A stretch of DNA of 64,000 bases from an uncultured delta proteobacterium (GTDB lineage Bacteria; Myxococcota; Myxococcia; Myxococcales; Myxococcaceae). How positions within the stretch are numbered: the stretch's first letter is position 1; each line of letters begins with the position of its first letter. The position numbers were made by a program, and so were the translations under genes. The DNA is taken from NCBI GenBank assembly GCA_963771175.1, contig CAVYSY010000040.1, positions 160,001-224,000 on the forward strand, given 5' to 3'. Of the stretch, positions 19,919 to 30,729 are shown piece by piece. Below the pieces are notes generated by a model, which did no database searches, had not been told where the DNA came from, and was given only the letters and a program-made list of their open reading frames with translations.

Positions 19919-22369
19919 TTGCTCTTGAGGCTCCCCGTTCTCTCGCTCAGGTTCCTTGTTCCGCTCCTCGTCGCCGCATGGACGGTGCTGCCCGGTCGCG
20001 CGCTCGCGCAGGCGGACGGGGGCACCCCCCCGGCCCCCGTGCCTCCCGCGGCGCTTCCCCTGCCCGCTGGTGACGAGGTCGACACCGGTGCTCCCGCTCC
20101 CGACCGTGAGGTCCGGGAAGGGGAGGTGGTCGACATCCGCATCGAGGGCAACCGCCGCGTCGAGGCCGAGGCCATCCGCCGCGCCCTCAAGACGCGGGTG
20201 GGTGTGTCCATCGAAGACGTCTCCACCGCCGAGGATCTCCGGGCGGTCTGGGCGCTCGGCTACTTCAGTGATGTTCAGCTCCTGACGCAGCGCCTGCCCA
20301 CCGGCGGCGTCGTCTACGTGGTTCGGGTGCAGGAGCGCCCCTCCATCCGCGCGGTGAAGCTCGCCGGCAACGAGGAACTCAGCCAGGACGACCTGAAGGA
20401 GTCCATCGAGGTCAAGGCCCTCACCATCCTGGACATGGACGCGGTGCGCCGCACCCAGAAGAAGATCCAGGAGAAGTACATCGACAAGGGCTACTTCCTC
20501 GCCGAGGTCTCCCATCAGATCGTCCCCGTCGAGGGCGGTCAGGTCGATGTGGTCTTCACCATCGACGAGAACTCGAAGGTGATGGTGAAGGACATCGCCT
20601 TGCTGGGCGCGGAGAAGGTGTCTCCATCCCGGCTCAAGGACGTGATGCTCACCAAGGAGGGGGGCTTCCTCTCCTTCGTCACCGGCGAGGGCACCTACCG
20701 TGAGGAGGTGTTCCAGCGCGACCTGGCGGTCATCCAGGCCACCTACTACGACGAGGGCTTCATCAACGTCCGGGTGGACAAGCCCTCCGTCTCCCTCTCC
20801 GCCGACAAGCGCTACATCTACGTCTCCATCAAGGTGACCGAGGGCGAGCGCTTCGACATCGGGAAGGTCGACTTCTCCGGCGACCTGGTGGTGCCCAAGG
20901 AAGAGCTCGCCAGGATCATGAGCTCCTCGACGGGCAGTCACTTCAGCCGCTCGCAGCTCGGCCAGGACATCCAGTCGATCACCGACGTCTATTACGACCG
21001 GGGCTACGCCTACGCGAACATCAACCCCATCACCGCGATCAACGCGGAGACGAAGACGGTGGATCTGACGTTCGACGTGCAGAAGGGGCCGCAGGTCTCC
21101 GTCGAGCGCATCGAGATCGTCGGCAACACCAAGACGCGCGACAAGGTCATCCGCCGCGAGCTGCGTGTCTACGAGGGCGAGCTCTACAATGGCACCGGCG
21201 TGCGCCGCAGCAAGGAGCGCGTGACGGCGCTCGGCTTCTTCGAGACGGTGGAGGTCACCCAGCGGCCCGGCAGTCAGCCCGACACCATCATCGTCCAGGT
21301 GGAGGTGAAGGAGAAGGCCACCGGTACCTTCCAGGTGGGCCTCGGCTTCTCCAACGTGGAGAACTTCATCTTCACGGCCCAGGTGTCGCAGAACAACTTC
21401 CTGGGGTGGGGCCAGAGCGTGTCGGCCTCGGCGCAGATCTCCAGCCTGCGCTCGCTCGTGCAGCTCTCGTTCTTCGACCCGTACTTCCTGGACACCAACT
21501 TCCTGCTGTCCGCGGACTTCTTCCGGGTGGACTCGCAGTACGTGGACTTCACCCGTCGCTCCACGGGTGGCAGCGCCTCCCTGGGCTACCAGCTCATCGA
21601 GGACCTGCTCGTCAACGTGGGCTACTCGCAGGAGCACGTGAGCGTGGAGGCCGCGCCGGGCTTCGGCGGCGTGTTGCTGGCCAACCGCTTCCTCAGCGGC
21701 GTGACGAGCTCGGTGCGTCTGTCCGTCACCTACGACAAGCGCAACAACCGCCTGTTCCCCTCCAAGGGCTTCATCCACTACGGCTCGGTGGAGTACGCGC
21801 CCCCCTTCATCGGCCTCAGCAACTCGCCCTTCCTCTTCACCCGCTACACGGCCTACTCGCGCCTGTACTTCCCGCTGCCCCTCGGCGCCGTCTTCAAGAC
21901 CAACGCCACTATCGGCTACATCCAGCAGTTGGATCCCAACCGGCCGCTGCCCATCTCCGAGTTCTACTACCTGGGTGGCATCAACTCGGTGCGCGGCTAC
22001 CTGCTGCGCAGCATCAGCCCCACGCTGCTGGCGCCGCGCTCGGGCTCGCCCGATGCCCCCATCGACCAGATCGACGTGGGCGGCAACAAGCAGCTCATCC
22101 TCAACCTGGAGCTGGAGTTCCCCGTCTTCGAGAAGGCCGGCATCCGCGGCGTGGTCTTCTATGACGCGGGCAACGCCTACGCGACCAACGAGCGCTTCTT
22201 CCAGGATAAGCAGGATAACGTGCCCCTGGGGCTCTTCCACTCGGTGGGCTTCGGCTTCCGGTGGTTCTCGCCGGTCGGTCCCCTGCGTTTCGAGTGGGGA
22301 ATCCCGATTACGCCGCGTCCGGAAGATCAGCCCATCCTCTTCGAGTTTACGATCGGCAATTTCTTCTGA
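19919..22369 (+). CDS. bamA: Outer-membrane protein assembly factor
   Basis: POTRA repeats (GNTKTRDKVIRRE), SVRGY motif, C-terminal Phe. Confidence 0.95.
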   Translation: MLLRLPVLSLRFLVPLLVAAWTVLPGRALAQADGGTPPAPVPPAALPLPAGDEVDTGAPAPDREVREGEVVDIRIEGNRRVEAEAIRRALKTRVGVSIEDVSTAEDLRAVWALGYFSDVQLLTQRLPTGGVVYVVRVQERPSIRAVKLAGNEELSQDDLKESIEVKALTILDMDAVRRTQKKIQEKYIDKGYFLAEVSHQIVPVEGGQVDVVFTIDENSKVMVKDIALLGAEKVSPSRLKDVMLTKEGGFLSFVTGEGTYREEVFQRDLAVIQATYYDEGFINVRVDKPSVSLSADKRYIYVSIKVTEGERFDIGKVDFSGDLVVPKEELARIMSSSTGSHFSRSQLGQDIQSITDVYYDRGYAYANINPITAINAETKTVDLTFDVQKGPQVSVERIEIVGNTKTRDKVIRRELRVYEGELYNGTGVRRSKERVTALGFFETVEVTQRPGSQPDTIIVQVEVKEKATGTFQVGLGFSNVENFIFTAQVSQNNFLGWGQSVSASAQISSLRSLVQLSFFDPYFLDTNFLLSADFFRVDSQYVDFTRRSTGGSASLGYQLIEDLLVNVGYSQEHVSVEAAPGFGGVLLANRFLSGVTSSVRLSVTYDKRNNRLFPSKGFIHYGSVEYAPPFIGLSNSPFLFTRYTAYSRLYFPLPLGAVFKTNATIGYIQQLDPNRPLPISEFYYLGGINSVRGYLLRSISPTLLAPRSGSPDAPIDQIDVGGNKQLILNLELEFPVFEKAGIRGVVFYDAGNAYATNERFFQDKQDNVPLGLFHSVGFGFRWFSPVGPLRFEWGIPITPRPEDQPILFEFTIGNFF

Positions 22370-22470
22370 TAGGTCGTCCGCCCGGTCTGCAATCGGCCGT
22401 CTTCACGGCCGTTGAACAAGGCATCGGGCGGGACGTCGAATTTTCAAACTTCCCCGAGGAGCTGTCGCAC

Positions 22471-23037
22471 ATGTCGCTTCGAAGCAAACTGTCGGTTCTG
22501 GCCATCGCCCTCTCGCTCGCCGTTCCGACCCTGGCCGCCGCTCAGGACCTGAAGGTCGGCTATGTGGACTACCAGCGCGTCCTTCTCGAGGTGGATGACG
22601 GCAAGGCCGCCAAGGTCCGCCTCCAGAAGTGGCTGGAGAGCCGCCAGCGGGAGATCGACGCCGAGCAGGAGGCCCTCCGCAAGGAGAAGGAGACGCTGGA
22701 CAAGCAGGCCAGCGCGATGAGCGAGGAGACGCGCATCCAGAAGGCCACCGACCTGCAGAAGAAGGTCTACGAGCTGGCCCAGAAGTGGGAGAAGAGCCGG
22801 GGCGAGGCCGCCGAGCGCGAGCGCAAGGAGATGGAGCCCATCATCGGGAAGATCGACTCGGTCATCAGCACCATCGCCGAGCGCAATGGTCTGGGCATGG
22901 TCTTCGAGAAGCGGGACTCCGGCCTGGTGTTCGCCCTCAACCAGTATGACCTGACCAACGAGGTCATCCGCACCTACAACAGCTCCAAGGGCAAGGCCAA
23001 GGACGCGCCGGTCGCCAAGGACGCCCCCAAGAAGTAA
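22471..23037 (+). CDS. skp: OmpH/Skp periplasmic chaperone
   Basis: Signal peptide, KVGYVDYQRVL, coiled coil, DLTNEVI; follows bamA. Confidence 0.9.
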   Translation: MSLRSKLSVLAIALSLAVPTLAAAQDLKVGYVDYQRVLLEVDDGKAAKVRLQKWLESRQREIDAEQEALRKEKETLDKQASAMSEETRIQKATDLQKKVYELAQKWEKSRGEAAERERKEMEPIIGKIDSVISTIAERNGLGMVFEKRDSGLVFALNQYDLTNEVIRTYNSSKGKAKDAPVAKDAPKK

Positions 23038-23048
23038 GGCCTTTCTCC

Positions 23049-24114
23049 GTGCACGTACCCAGCCCGCGCCGGCTCGGGGAGCTCGCCGCCCATGTCGGCG
23101 GTGAGCTCGTCGGAGAATGCCGGCCTGATGATTACGGGACTCAACGGGCTCGCCGAGGCGAGCCCGGGTGAGCTCTCCTTCTACGGCAACCCGCGCTACC
23201 GTCGGCAGTACGAGGCGAGTCGGGCCTCGGCCGTCCTCGTGGGCCCGGATGCGGATGCTCGCGAGGGTGTGTCGCTGGTGCGGGTGGCCAATCCCCACCT
23301 GGCCTTCGCGAGGATTTCGAGCCTCTTCCACCCGCGGCCGTCGCACGCGGCGGGAGTGCGGCCCGGGGCGCACGTGCACTCCGAGGCGCGCGTCCACCCG
23401 GAGGCCACGGTGATGGCCGGCGCCACGGTGGACAAGAACGCCACCGTGGGCGCTCGCGCGGTGCTCTTCCCCGGCGTCTACGTGGGCGAGGGCGCGAGCA
23501 TCGGCGAGGACAGCCTGCTGTACCCCAACGTCACCGTGCGCGAGCACTGCCTGGTGGGCGCACGCGTCATCCTCCATGCCTCGTGCGTGGTGGGGGCGGA
23601 CGGTTTCGGTTTCGCCTTCAACCCCGAGGGGGAGAACGGTCCGGAGCACTACAAGGTGCCCCAGGCCGGCATCGTCCGCATCGAGGACGACGTGGAGGTG
23701 GGTGCCTGTACCTGCATCGACCGGGCGACGATCGGCGAAACGGTGATCGGCCGTGGAACGAAGATCGACAATCTGGTGCAGATCGCGCACAACGTGAAGG
23801 TGGGCCCGCTCTCGCTCATCTGCTCTCAGGCGGGCGTGTCCGGCTCGGCCGAGGTGGGCATGGGCGTGGTACTGGCGGGGCAGGTGGGCGTGGTGGGCCA
23901 CATCCGCGTGGGTGACATGGCCAAGGTCGGAGCCCAGTCCGGAGTGGCCCACGACGTGGAGGACGGGCAGGTGGTGAGCGGCAGCCCGGCCATGCCCCAT
24001 CGTGAGTGGTTGCGGATGTCGGCGGCGCTCGGGCAACTGGGCGATCTGCTCAAGGAAGTACGTACCCTGCGACGCAGGGTCGAGACGCTCGAGAAGAAGG
24101 AGAAGGGCGGATGA
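23049..24114 (+). CDS. lpxD: UDP-3-O-(3-hydroxyacyl)glucosamine N-acyltransferase; 1-nt insertion ~23116
   Basis: GTG 23049 gives [15 protein letters not shown], then the frame shifts into ORF 23092..24114 with hexapeptide repeats, [18 protein letters not shown]. Confidence 0.92.
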
Positions 24115-24581
24115 TGGACATCCAGGAGATCCAGCAGTTGCTGCCCCACCGCTATCCGTTCCTTCTAGTGGACCGGGTGGTGGAAATCGTCCCCAGCCAG
24201 AAGCTGGTTGCGTACAAGAACGTCACCATGAACGAGGACTTCTTCAACGGGCACTTCCCGGGGCACCCGGTGATGCCGGGAGTGCTCGTGCTGGAGGCGC
24301 TGGCGCAGGCCACGGCCATCCTCGCCTACAAGAGCGAGGGGATCGATCCCAAGCGGTCGGTGACGTACCTGATGGGCGTAGACGGCGCGAAGTTCCGCAA
24401 GCCGGTGGTGCCGGGCGACCGCCTGCAGCTCAACATCGAGGTCGTCCGCCACAAGGGCGCCATCTGGAAGACGAAGGGCACGGCGACAGTGGACGGGGCG
24501 AAGGTGGCCGAGGGCGAGTTCCTGGCTACCGTCGTGGACAAGGACAAGGGCACCAGCGGCTCGGCGGCTGAGGCGTCCTGA
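24111..24581 (+). CDS. fabZ: 3-hydroxyacyl-ACP dehydratase
   Basis: [24 protein letters not shown]. Confidence 0.95.
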   Translation: MMDIQEIQQLLPHRYPFLLVDRVVEIVPSQKLVAYKNVTMNEDFFNGHFPGHPVMPGVLVLEALAQATAILAYKSEGIDPKRSVTYLMGVDGAKFRKPVVPGDRLQLNIEVVRHKGAIWKTKGTATVDGAKVAEGEFLATVVDKDKGTSGSAAEAS

Positions 24582-24602
24582 GTGGGCAAGAAGGCAGACA
24601 CC

Positions 24603-25379
24603 ATGGCGCAGGTTCACCCCACGGCGGTGGTCCACCCCGGTGCTCGCCTCCACGAGTCGGTGGAGGTTGGCCCCTACTCCGTCATCGGGGAGAAGGTGAC
24701 GATTGGCGCGGGCTCTCGCGTGGGTCCGCACGTCGTCATCGACGGTCGCACCACGATCGGTGCGAACAACCGCATCTTCCCGTTCGCCGCGGTGGGCGGG
24801 GCCCCGCAGGACTTGAAGTACGCGGGCGAGGATACCGAGCTCATCATCGGTGACGGCAACACCATCCGCGAGTCCGCCACGCTGAACATCGGCACGGTGG
24901 GCGGCGGCGGCGTGACGCGGGTGGGCAGCAACAACCTCTTCATGGCCTACAGCCACGTGGCCCACGACTGCGTGGTGGGCAACGGCTGCATCGTCGCCAA
25001 CGGCGTGGCGCTGGCCGGGCACGTCAGCCTGGAGGACTTCGTCATCCTCGGGGGGCTGTCCGCGGTGCACCAGTTCACCCGCCTGGGCAAGCACGCGTTC
25101 ATCGCGGGCGGGTCCATGGTGACGATGGACGTGCCCCCGTACTGCACGGCCCAGGGTGATCGGGCCGAGCTGGCCGGTCTCAACGTGGTGGGCCTGCAGC
25201 GCCACGGCTTCAACGAGGAGCAGATCGGCCGCATCAAGGAGGCCTACAAGATCCTCTTCCGCTCGAAGCTGCAGCTCTCGGAGGCCATGGCCCGACTGAA
25301 GAGCGAGATGGGTGGCCACTCGGAGATCGACTACCTGGTGGACTTCATCAGTCAGAGCAAGCGCGGGCTGACGCGCTGA
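24603..25379 (+). CDS. lpxA: UDP-N-acetylglucosamine acyltransferase
   Basis: PQDLKY, HVAHDC, VHQF, hexapeptide repeats. Confidence 0.95.
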   Translation: MAQVHPTAVVHPGARLHESVEVGPYSVIGEKVTIGAGSRVGPHVVIDGRTTIGANNRIFPFAAVGGAPQDLKYAGEDTELIIGDGNTIRESATLNIGTVGGGGVTRVGSNNLFMAYSHVAHDCVVGNGCIVANGVALAGHVSLEDFVILGGLSAVHQFTRLGKHAFIAGGSMVTMDVPPYCTAQGDRAELAGLNVVGLQRHGFNEEQIGRIKEAYKILFRSKLQLSEAMARLKSEMGGHSEIDYLVDFISQSKRGLTR

Positions 25380-25380
25380 A

Positions 25381-26190
25381 GTGATCGTGGAGCGCATCGG
25401 CCTCATCGCGGGCAACGGACGGTTGCCCTTCTTGTTCGCGAGCGCGGCCCGGGAGCAGGGGCTGGCGGTGGTGGCTGTTGCCCACCGGGGCGAGGCGGAT
25501 CCCGCCCTGGAGGCCGAGGTCTCCGAGCTGACGTGGGTGCGGTTGGGGCAGGTGGACCGCATCGTGCGCGCCTTCCGCAAGGCGGGCGTGCAGCGGGCGG
25601 CCATGGCCGGCGGCATCGGCCGGGTGCGCGCGTTCACCGAGGCGCGGCCGGACCTGGGCGCGGTGCGCATCATCTCGCGCCTGCGCAGCTTCCGGGACGA
25701 CGCGCTGCTGCGTGCGGTGGCGGACTACTTCGAGTCGCACGGCATCACCATCGTGGCGCCCACGGACTGGCTGGCGCAGGCGCTTTGTCCCGAGGGGCAC
25801 CTCGCGGGGCCCCGGCTGAACGAGGCGCAGGAGAAGGACGTCACGCTGGGGCGGGAAGTGGCGACGCTCCTGGGCCAGGCGGACGTGGGGCAGACGGTGG
25901 TGGTGCGCAACGGCCACGTGCTCGCGCTGGAGGCGGTGGAGGGCACGGACGAGGCCATCCGCCGCGGCGGCAAGTACGGCGGGGCCGGGGCGGTGGTGGT
26001 GAAGCGCTGCAAGCCCGGGCAGGACCTGCGCTTCGACCTGCCGGCGGTGGGGCCTCGCACCCTGGAAGTCATGCAGGAGGTGGGGGCGAAGGTGCTGGCG
26101 CTGGAGGCCGGGAAGACGGTGCTGCTGGACGCTCCGGCGCTCTTCCAGGGGGCCGAGAAGGCCGGCATCACCCTCATCGGCGTCCCCTGA
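25381..26190 (+). CDS. lpxI: UDP-2,3-diacylglucosamine pyrophosphatase LpxI family
   Basis: IGLIAGNGRLP, DVGQTVV, EAVEGTD, QDLRFDLPAVG. Confidence 0.9.
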   Translation: MIVERIGLIAGNGRLPFLFASAAREQGLAVVAVAHRGEADPALEAEVSELTWVRLGQVDRIVRAFRKAGVQRAAMAGGIGRVRAFTEARPDLGAVRIISRLRSFRDDALLRAVADYFESHGITIVAPTDWLAQALCPEGHLAGPRLNEAQEKDVTLGREVATLLGQADVGQTVVVRNGHVLALEAVEGTDEAIRRGGKYGGAGAVVVKRCKPGQDLRFDLPAVGPRTLEVMQEVGAKVLALEAGKTVLLDAPALFQGAEKAGITLIGVP

Positions 26191-26400
26191 GCGCTTGGGA
26201 CTCCGGGGTTGTCCCCGTGCCTGCTCCCTCTCCGTCCTGGGGGAGGGCGGGGTGCGAATCGTTCCCACCCGCTCCTGTGTGGAATGCTCCCCTCCCAAGG
26301 GCCTGTTCCGAACACTACTCCGGGACCTGAACCGGGTCCGCGTTGCTCCCGCCGCGCGCCCCGGACAGGGTGTGTCCCCTCCTGGAGGTATCCATCCCGC

Positions 26401-27420
26401 ATGAATTCTCGCCTCTTGCTGCTGTGCCTCACCTTGTCGCCGCTGTGCGCGCTCGCCGATGCGGTGCGCGTATCGCTCCAGCCCCGGGCCACGTTGGGCA
26501 AGGGGCTGCCGGCGCTGCAGGTGCACATCGAGGAGGCCATCGCCGGCTTCGAGGTGAAGCTGAAGCGCGGGGATGGGCAGGAGGTGCGGGTGAAGGGCGG
26601 TGGGCAGCCGGGCGTGACGCGCACCCTCCCGCTGGAGCAGCCCGAGGGCCGCTTCCACTACGAGGGCGAGCTGGTGGTGCGCTTGCCGGACGCGGAGGAG
26701 GTCTCGATGCCGCTGTCCTTCGATGCGGAGCTGCTGGGGCCGCTGCGGATGACGGTGGTGCCGGAGGACGTGGACGTGGCGGGGCGCAAGCTGCGCCTCA
26801 CGCTGTCCCGGCCCGCGTCGCGCGTGCGGGTGACGGTGCTGATGGACACCGGCAAGAAGGCCTTCGACGGCGAGGTGCCCTTCCAGGGCGAGCCCGCGGG
26901 CAGGCCGCTGGAGGTGACGTGGCCGGCGGCGGAGGGGCGGGTGATGCGCATCTCGCTCAAGGCCTTCGACACCTCTGACTTCTACACGGCCCTGGAGCTC
27001 TTCCCGTGGCGGGTGGACATTCCGCACGAGGAGGTCACCTTCCCCACGGGCAGCGCGGACGTACCCACTGCCGAGCGGCGGAAGCTGGACGCCAGCCTCG
27101 CGCTCATCGCCGACGCGGTGTCGCGCTATGGCCAGTTCGCCGAGCTGCGCCTCTACGTCCTCGGGCACACCGATACGGTGGGCGACACGGACTCCAACCG
27201 CGAGCTGTCTCTCAGTCGCGCCCGGAGCATCGCCGCGTACCTGCGCAAGCGGGGCCTGAAGCTGCCCATCTTCTACGAGGGCTTCGGCGAGCAGTCCCTT
27301 CGTGTGGCCACCCCGGATGAGACCGATGAGGCCACCAACCGGCGCGCCGAGTACATCCTGGCCGTGGAGCCGCCGGCCCTGCCCCAACCCCCCTTCCCAC
27401 CGCAATGGCGGAAGCTGTGA
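26401..27420 (+). CDS. Exported OmpA-family (peptidoglycan-binding) protein
   Basis: Signal peptide; GHTDTVG..NRELSLSRA..GFGE..NRRAE. Confidence 0.85.
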   Translation: MNSRLLLLCLTLSPLCALADAVRVSLQPRATLGKGLPALQVHIEEAIAGFEVKLKRGDGQEVRVKGGGQPGVTRTLPLEQPEGRFHYEGELVVRLPDAEEVSMPLSFDAELLGPLRMTVVPEDVDVAGRKLRLTLSRPASRVRVTVLMDTGKKAFDGEVPFQGEPAGRPLEVTWPAAEGRVMRISLKAFDTSDFYTALELFPWRVDIPHEEVTFPTGSADVPTAERRKLDASLALIADAVSRYGQFAELRLYVLGHTDTVGDTDSNRELSLSRARSIAAYLRKRGLKLPIFYEGFGEQSLRVATPDETDEATNRRAEYILAVEPPALPQPPFPPQWRKL

Positions 27421-27449
27421 TGCACCCGCCCCCCAAGGAGAATCGACGC

Positions 27450-27899
27450 ATGAAGCGACTCGTGTTGCCTGCCCTGATCGCCCTCGCTGCCTCCGGCTGC
27501 ATGCGCTCGCGCGAGGCCCTCGTCAATCCGACGGAGGAGGCCGGCAAGTGCGAGCTGGTGCAGACGCTGATGCGCGAGCCGGTGCCCCAGCACTACCTGT
27601 CCGAGCTGATGGCGTCGGGGCGTGATGGGCCCGCGCAGGTGCTCGTCTTCGTGCGCCGGCCCGAGCAGGACATGCTCGAGCGTCTCTTCGCGGGCGACGA
27701 GCCCTCGTGCGGTGGTTACAACTACAACGTGGTGCAGCAGAGCACGATGAACGCGCTGGTGCTCTTCCTCCAGCCGCTGGGTGACGGCTACACCTTCGAC
27801 GTGCAGCGCGCGACCCCGGACGAGTTGTCGCTGGGTGGGGCACCCAGAGGGACGCTGACGAGGCGCAACGGCGGCGGCTGGGTGGCCTCCAGCCTCTGA
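27450..27899 (+). CDS. Putative lipoprotein
   Basis: AAGGAG SD; MKR..LAASG-C lipobox. Confidence 0.75.
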   Translation: MKRLVLPALIALAASGCMRSREALVNPTEEAGKCELVQTLMREPVPQHYLSELMASGRDGPAQVLVFVRRPEQDMLERLFAGDEPSCGGYNYNVVQQSTMNALVLFLQPLGDGYTFDVQRATPDELSLGGAPRGTLTRRNGGGWVASSL

Positions 27900-28546
27900 G
27901 ACACCCGGGGCTCCTCCTTGCGGAGCAGATCCTTCCCTCCATCCGCGATGAACTGCACCGCGATGGCCGCGAGGATGAGCCCCATCACTCGCTCGAGGAT
28001 GGCCACGCCGGACTGCTTGAGCACCCGCTGCACGAAGCCCGCGGCGCGCAGCACGAAGTAGCTCGTCACGAAGGTGAGCACGATGGCCACCAGCACGGGC
28101 ACGGCGGACACCATGTTTTCCCCGCCCCGGGCCATCAACACCATGGCGGTGGCGATGGCGCCAGGGCCCGCCAGCAGCGGCATCGCCAACGGCACCAGGG
28201 CCACGTCATCCTTCGTCGCGCCCTCCTGCGTCTCGGACGGGGTGGTGCGCGTCTCCGAGGGTCGGGCTCGCAGCATGTCCAGCGCGGTGATGAGCAGCAG
28301 GATTCCGCCCGCCACCCGGAAGGCGCCCAGGGACACGCCGAACACCTTGAAGATGACGCCGCCGAACATGGCGAAGAAGAGCAGCAGCCCGCACGCCACC
28401 ATGCACGCGCGCCGCGCCGTGCTCCGGATCTTCTCCTCCGAGTCTCCCGCGGTGATCGCCAGGAAGATGGGCACCACTCCCACCGGGTCCACCACGAAGA
28501 GGACCGCCGGGAGCGATACGAGGAAGAGGGAGAGCTGCTCGGACAT
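27788..28546 (-). CDS. MarC-family membrane protein
   Basis: LFVVDPVG, FRVAGGILL, VPLAMPLLAGPGAI, RVMGLILAAIAVQ; 3' end uncertain because it overlaps a convergent gene. Confidence 0.88.
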   Translation of the reverse strand: MSEQLSLFLVSLPAVLFVVDPVGVVPIFLAITAGDSEEKIRSTARRACMVACGLLLFFAMFGGVIFKVFGVSLGAFRVAGGILLLITALDMLRARPSETRTTPSETQEGATKDDVALVPLAMPLLAGPGAIATAMVLMARGGENMVSAVPVLVAIVLTFVTSYFVLRAAGFVQRVLKQSGVAILERVMGLILAAIAVQFIADGGKDLLRKEEPRVSQRLEATQPPPLRLVSVPLGAPPSDNSSGVARCTSKV

Positions 28547-28554
28547 ACGCTCCT

Positions 28555-29259
28555 CTACGCCGAGAGGCGCAGCTTCCACACCATCGTCAGGGCCTCGAGG
28601 AAGATCTTCCGGCTCATCTTCGACTGCCCGACGCGCCGGTCCTCGAAGACGATGGGGATCTCCCTCACCGTGAAGCCCTTCTTCAGGCTGCGGTAGGTGA
28701 GCTCGATCTGGAAGGCGTAGCCCGTGCTCTTCACCGCCTCGAGGTCGATGGACTCGAGCACCCGGCGGTGGAAGCACTTGAAGCCACCGGTGAGATCCTT
28801 CGTGCCCACGCCCAGGATGGTGCGCGCGTAGAGCGAGCCGCCCCGGCTGATGATCTTCCGGCCCACGCCCCAGTTGACGGTGCCGCCGCCGCTCACGTAC
28901 CGCGAGCCCAGCACCAGGTCCGCGCCGCTCATGGCCGTGTCCAGCAGCGTGGGCAGGTAGCGCGGGTCATGGCTGAAGTCCGCGTCCATCTCGATGATGT
29001 ACGTGTAGCCGGCGTCGAGCGCCACGCGGAACGCATGGAGGTAGGCACGCCCCAGGCCCTGCTTCTTCTCGCGGTGCAGGACGCGGATGCGCGGCTCCTT
29101 CGCCGCCAGCTCGTCGGCCAGCTTCCCCGTCCCATCCGGGGAGTTGTCGTCGACGATGAGGATGTCCACGCGGGGATCGGCCGCGAGCACCGCGCGGGTG
29201 ATGGGCTCGAGGTTGTCCCGCTCGTTGTAGGTGGGGATGCAGACCAGCGCTGGATTCAT
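28555..29259 (-). CDS. GT2 polyprenol-phosphate mannose synthase-like glycosyltransferase
   Basis: IPTYNE, VDDNSPDGT, MDADFSHDP, DLTGGF, GYAFQIE. Confidence 0.9.
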   Translation of the reverse strand: MNPALVCIPTYNERDNLEPITRAVLAADPRVDILIVDDNSPDGTGKLADELAAKEPRIRVLHREKKQGLGRAYLHAFRVALDAGYTYIIEMDADFSHDPRYLPTLLDTAMSGADLVLGSRYVSGGGTVNWGVGRKIISRGGSLYARTILGVGTKDLTGGFKCFHRRVLESIDLEAVKSTGYAFQIELTYRSLKKGFTVREIPIVFEDRRVGQSKMSRKIFLEALTMVWKLRLSA

Positions 29260-29298
29260 CGCGCGGCGGGACATACCAGAGCGGCGCCGGGTCCGCTC

Positions 29299-30453
29299 CT
29301 AGACTTTTGGGGCAGGGGGGAGCAGCTCCAGCACCGACTCGGCTGCCCGGGTGGCGGCCCCATGCTCTCCGAGCCGGGTGCGCACCTCCTCCAGCCCCTG
29401 GAGCAGCTCCTCGCGCGGTGTGCCTGGCACCCACAGGCGGCGGATTTCGCCGGCGATGCGCTCGGGCGTCATGTCGCCCTGGAGCAGCTCGGGCACCACC
29501 CGGCGGCCGGCGAGCAGGTTGACGAGGGCCACGTGCGCCACCTTCAGCATCAGCCGGCCCACGAGGTAGGTGACGAGCGAGACGCGGTACACCACCACGA
29601 AGGGGCGCTGCATCAGCCCCGCCTCCAGGGCCGCCGTCCCCGAGGCCACGATGGCCGCGTCGCTGGCGCCCACCACCTCGGGAGCCCGGCCCTCCACCAG
29701 CACCGGCTGCACGCCACTGCCCTCGAAGCGGGAGACGATCTCCTCGCGTGGAATGGTGGGGGCCACGGGCACCACCACCTGGAGCCCGGGGCGCTCGGCC
29801 ACCAGTGTCTTCGCGGCGCCCACCATGGCCGGGAGGATGCGGCGGATCTCACTCATCCGGCTGCCCGGCAGCAGGGCGAGCGTGGGCGTCTCCACCGGGA
29901 GTCCGAGCTTCTGGCGGAAGGCGGCGGCGCTGGCGGGAGAGGGCATCTGCTCCACCACGGGGCTGCCCACGTAGCGGGCGGCGACGCCGGCCTCCCGGTA
30001 GAAGTCCTCCTCGAAGGGGAGGATGCAGAGCATCCGGTCCACGAGCTTCGCGATCGTCTTCACCCGGCCCCGGCGCCAGGCCCAGATCATCGGCGAGACG
30101 TAGTAGGCCACCGGGATGCCGAGCTTCTTGAGGCGGGCGGCGAGCCGGAGGTTGAAGTCGGGGATGTCCACGAGGATGGCGCAGGCGGGGCGGCGCTCGG
30201 CGGCGGCCTTGGCCAGCCCGCCCATCACCTGGAGGATGCGCGGAATCTTGGGCAGCACCTCGGTGATGCCCATGACGTTGACCTCATGGGCGCCGTAGAG
30301 CAGCTCCACGCCCTGGGCGGCGAGGCGCGAGCCTCCCATTCCGAAGAAGGTGAGGTCCGGACGCTGGGCCTTGAGGGCGGCGACGAGTTCGGCGGCGTGG
30401 GCGTCACCGGACGCTTCGCCGGCCACGACGAGAATCTGGGGGGAGGGGGACAT
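29299..30453 (-). CDS. lpxB: Lipid-A-disaccharide synthase
   Basis: VAGEASGD, DIPDFN, YVSPMIWAWR, LLPGSR, SGTAALE. Confidence 0.95.
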   Translation of the reverse strand: MSPSPQILVVAGEASGDAHAAELVAALKAQRPDLTFFGMGGSRLAAQGVELLYGAHEVNVMGITEVLPKIPRILQVMGGLAKAAAERRPACAILVDIPDFNLRLAARLKKLGIPVAYYVSPMIWAWRRGRVKTIAKLVDRMLCILPFEEDFYREAGVAARYVGSPVVEQMPSPASAAAFRQKLGLPVETPTLALLPGSRMSEIRRILPAMVGAAKTLVAERPGLQVVVPVAPTIPREEIVSRFEGSGVQPVLVEGRAPEVVGASDAAIVASGTAALEAGLMQRPFVVVYRVSLVTYLVGRLMLKVAHVALVNLLAGRRVVPELLQGDMTPERIAGEIRRLWVPGTPREELLQGLEEVRTRLGEHGAATRAAESVLELLPPAPKV

Positions 30454-30729
30454 GAGGCGGCGCGCATCCTACCCGAAGCGTCGCTCCGGGCCACGTCAGC
30501 ATGCGCCCCATGCCGTTGCTCGCCTCCTCGTTCCATCGACGAGGAGCTGATGCTGCTCATGCTCCGAGACGCATGCGGCGAACGGCCCGTTCTGGCTCGG
30601 GGCGTACGGCATCGCTGGAAGATTTCCTTCCTCGTGATGACGGCCGAGAGCTCCTCCTGTGCGCACATCGACTTCCGTGGCTGGACATGGAAGCGTCCGC
30701 CCCGGTTCGGACTTCATAGGGGGTGATGC

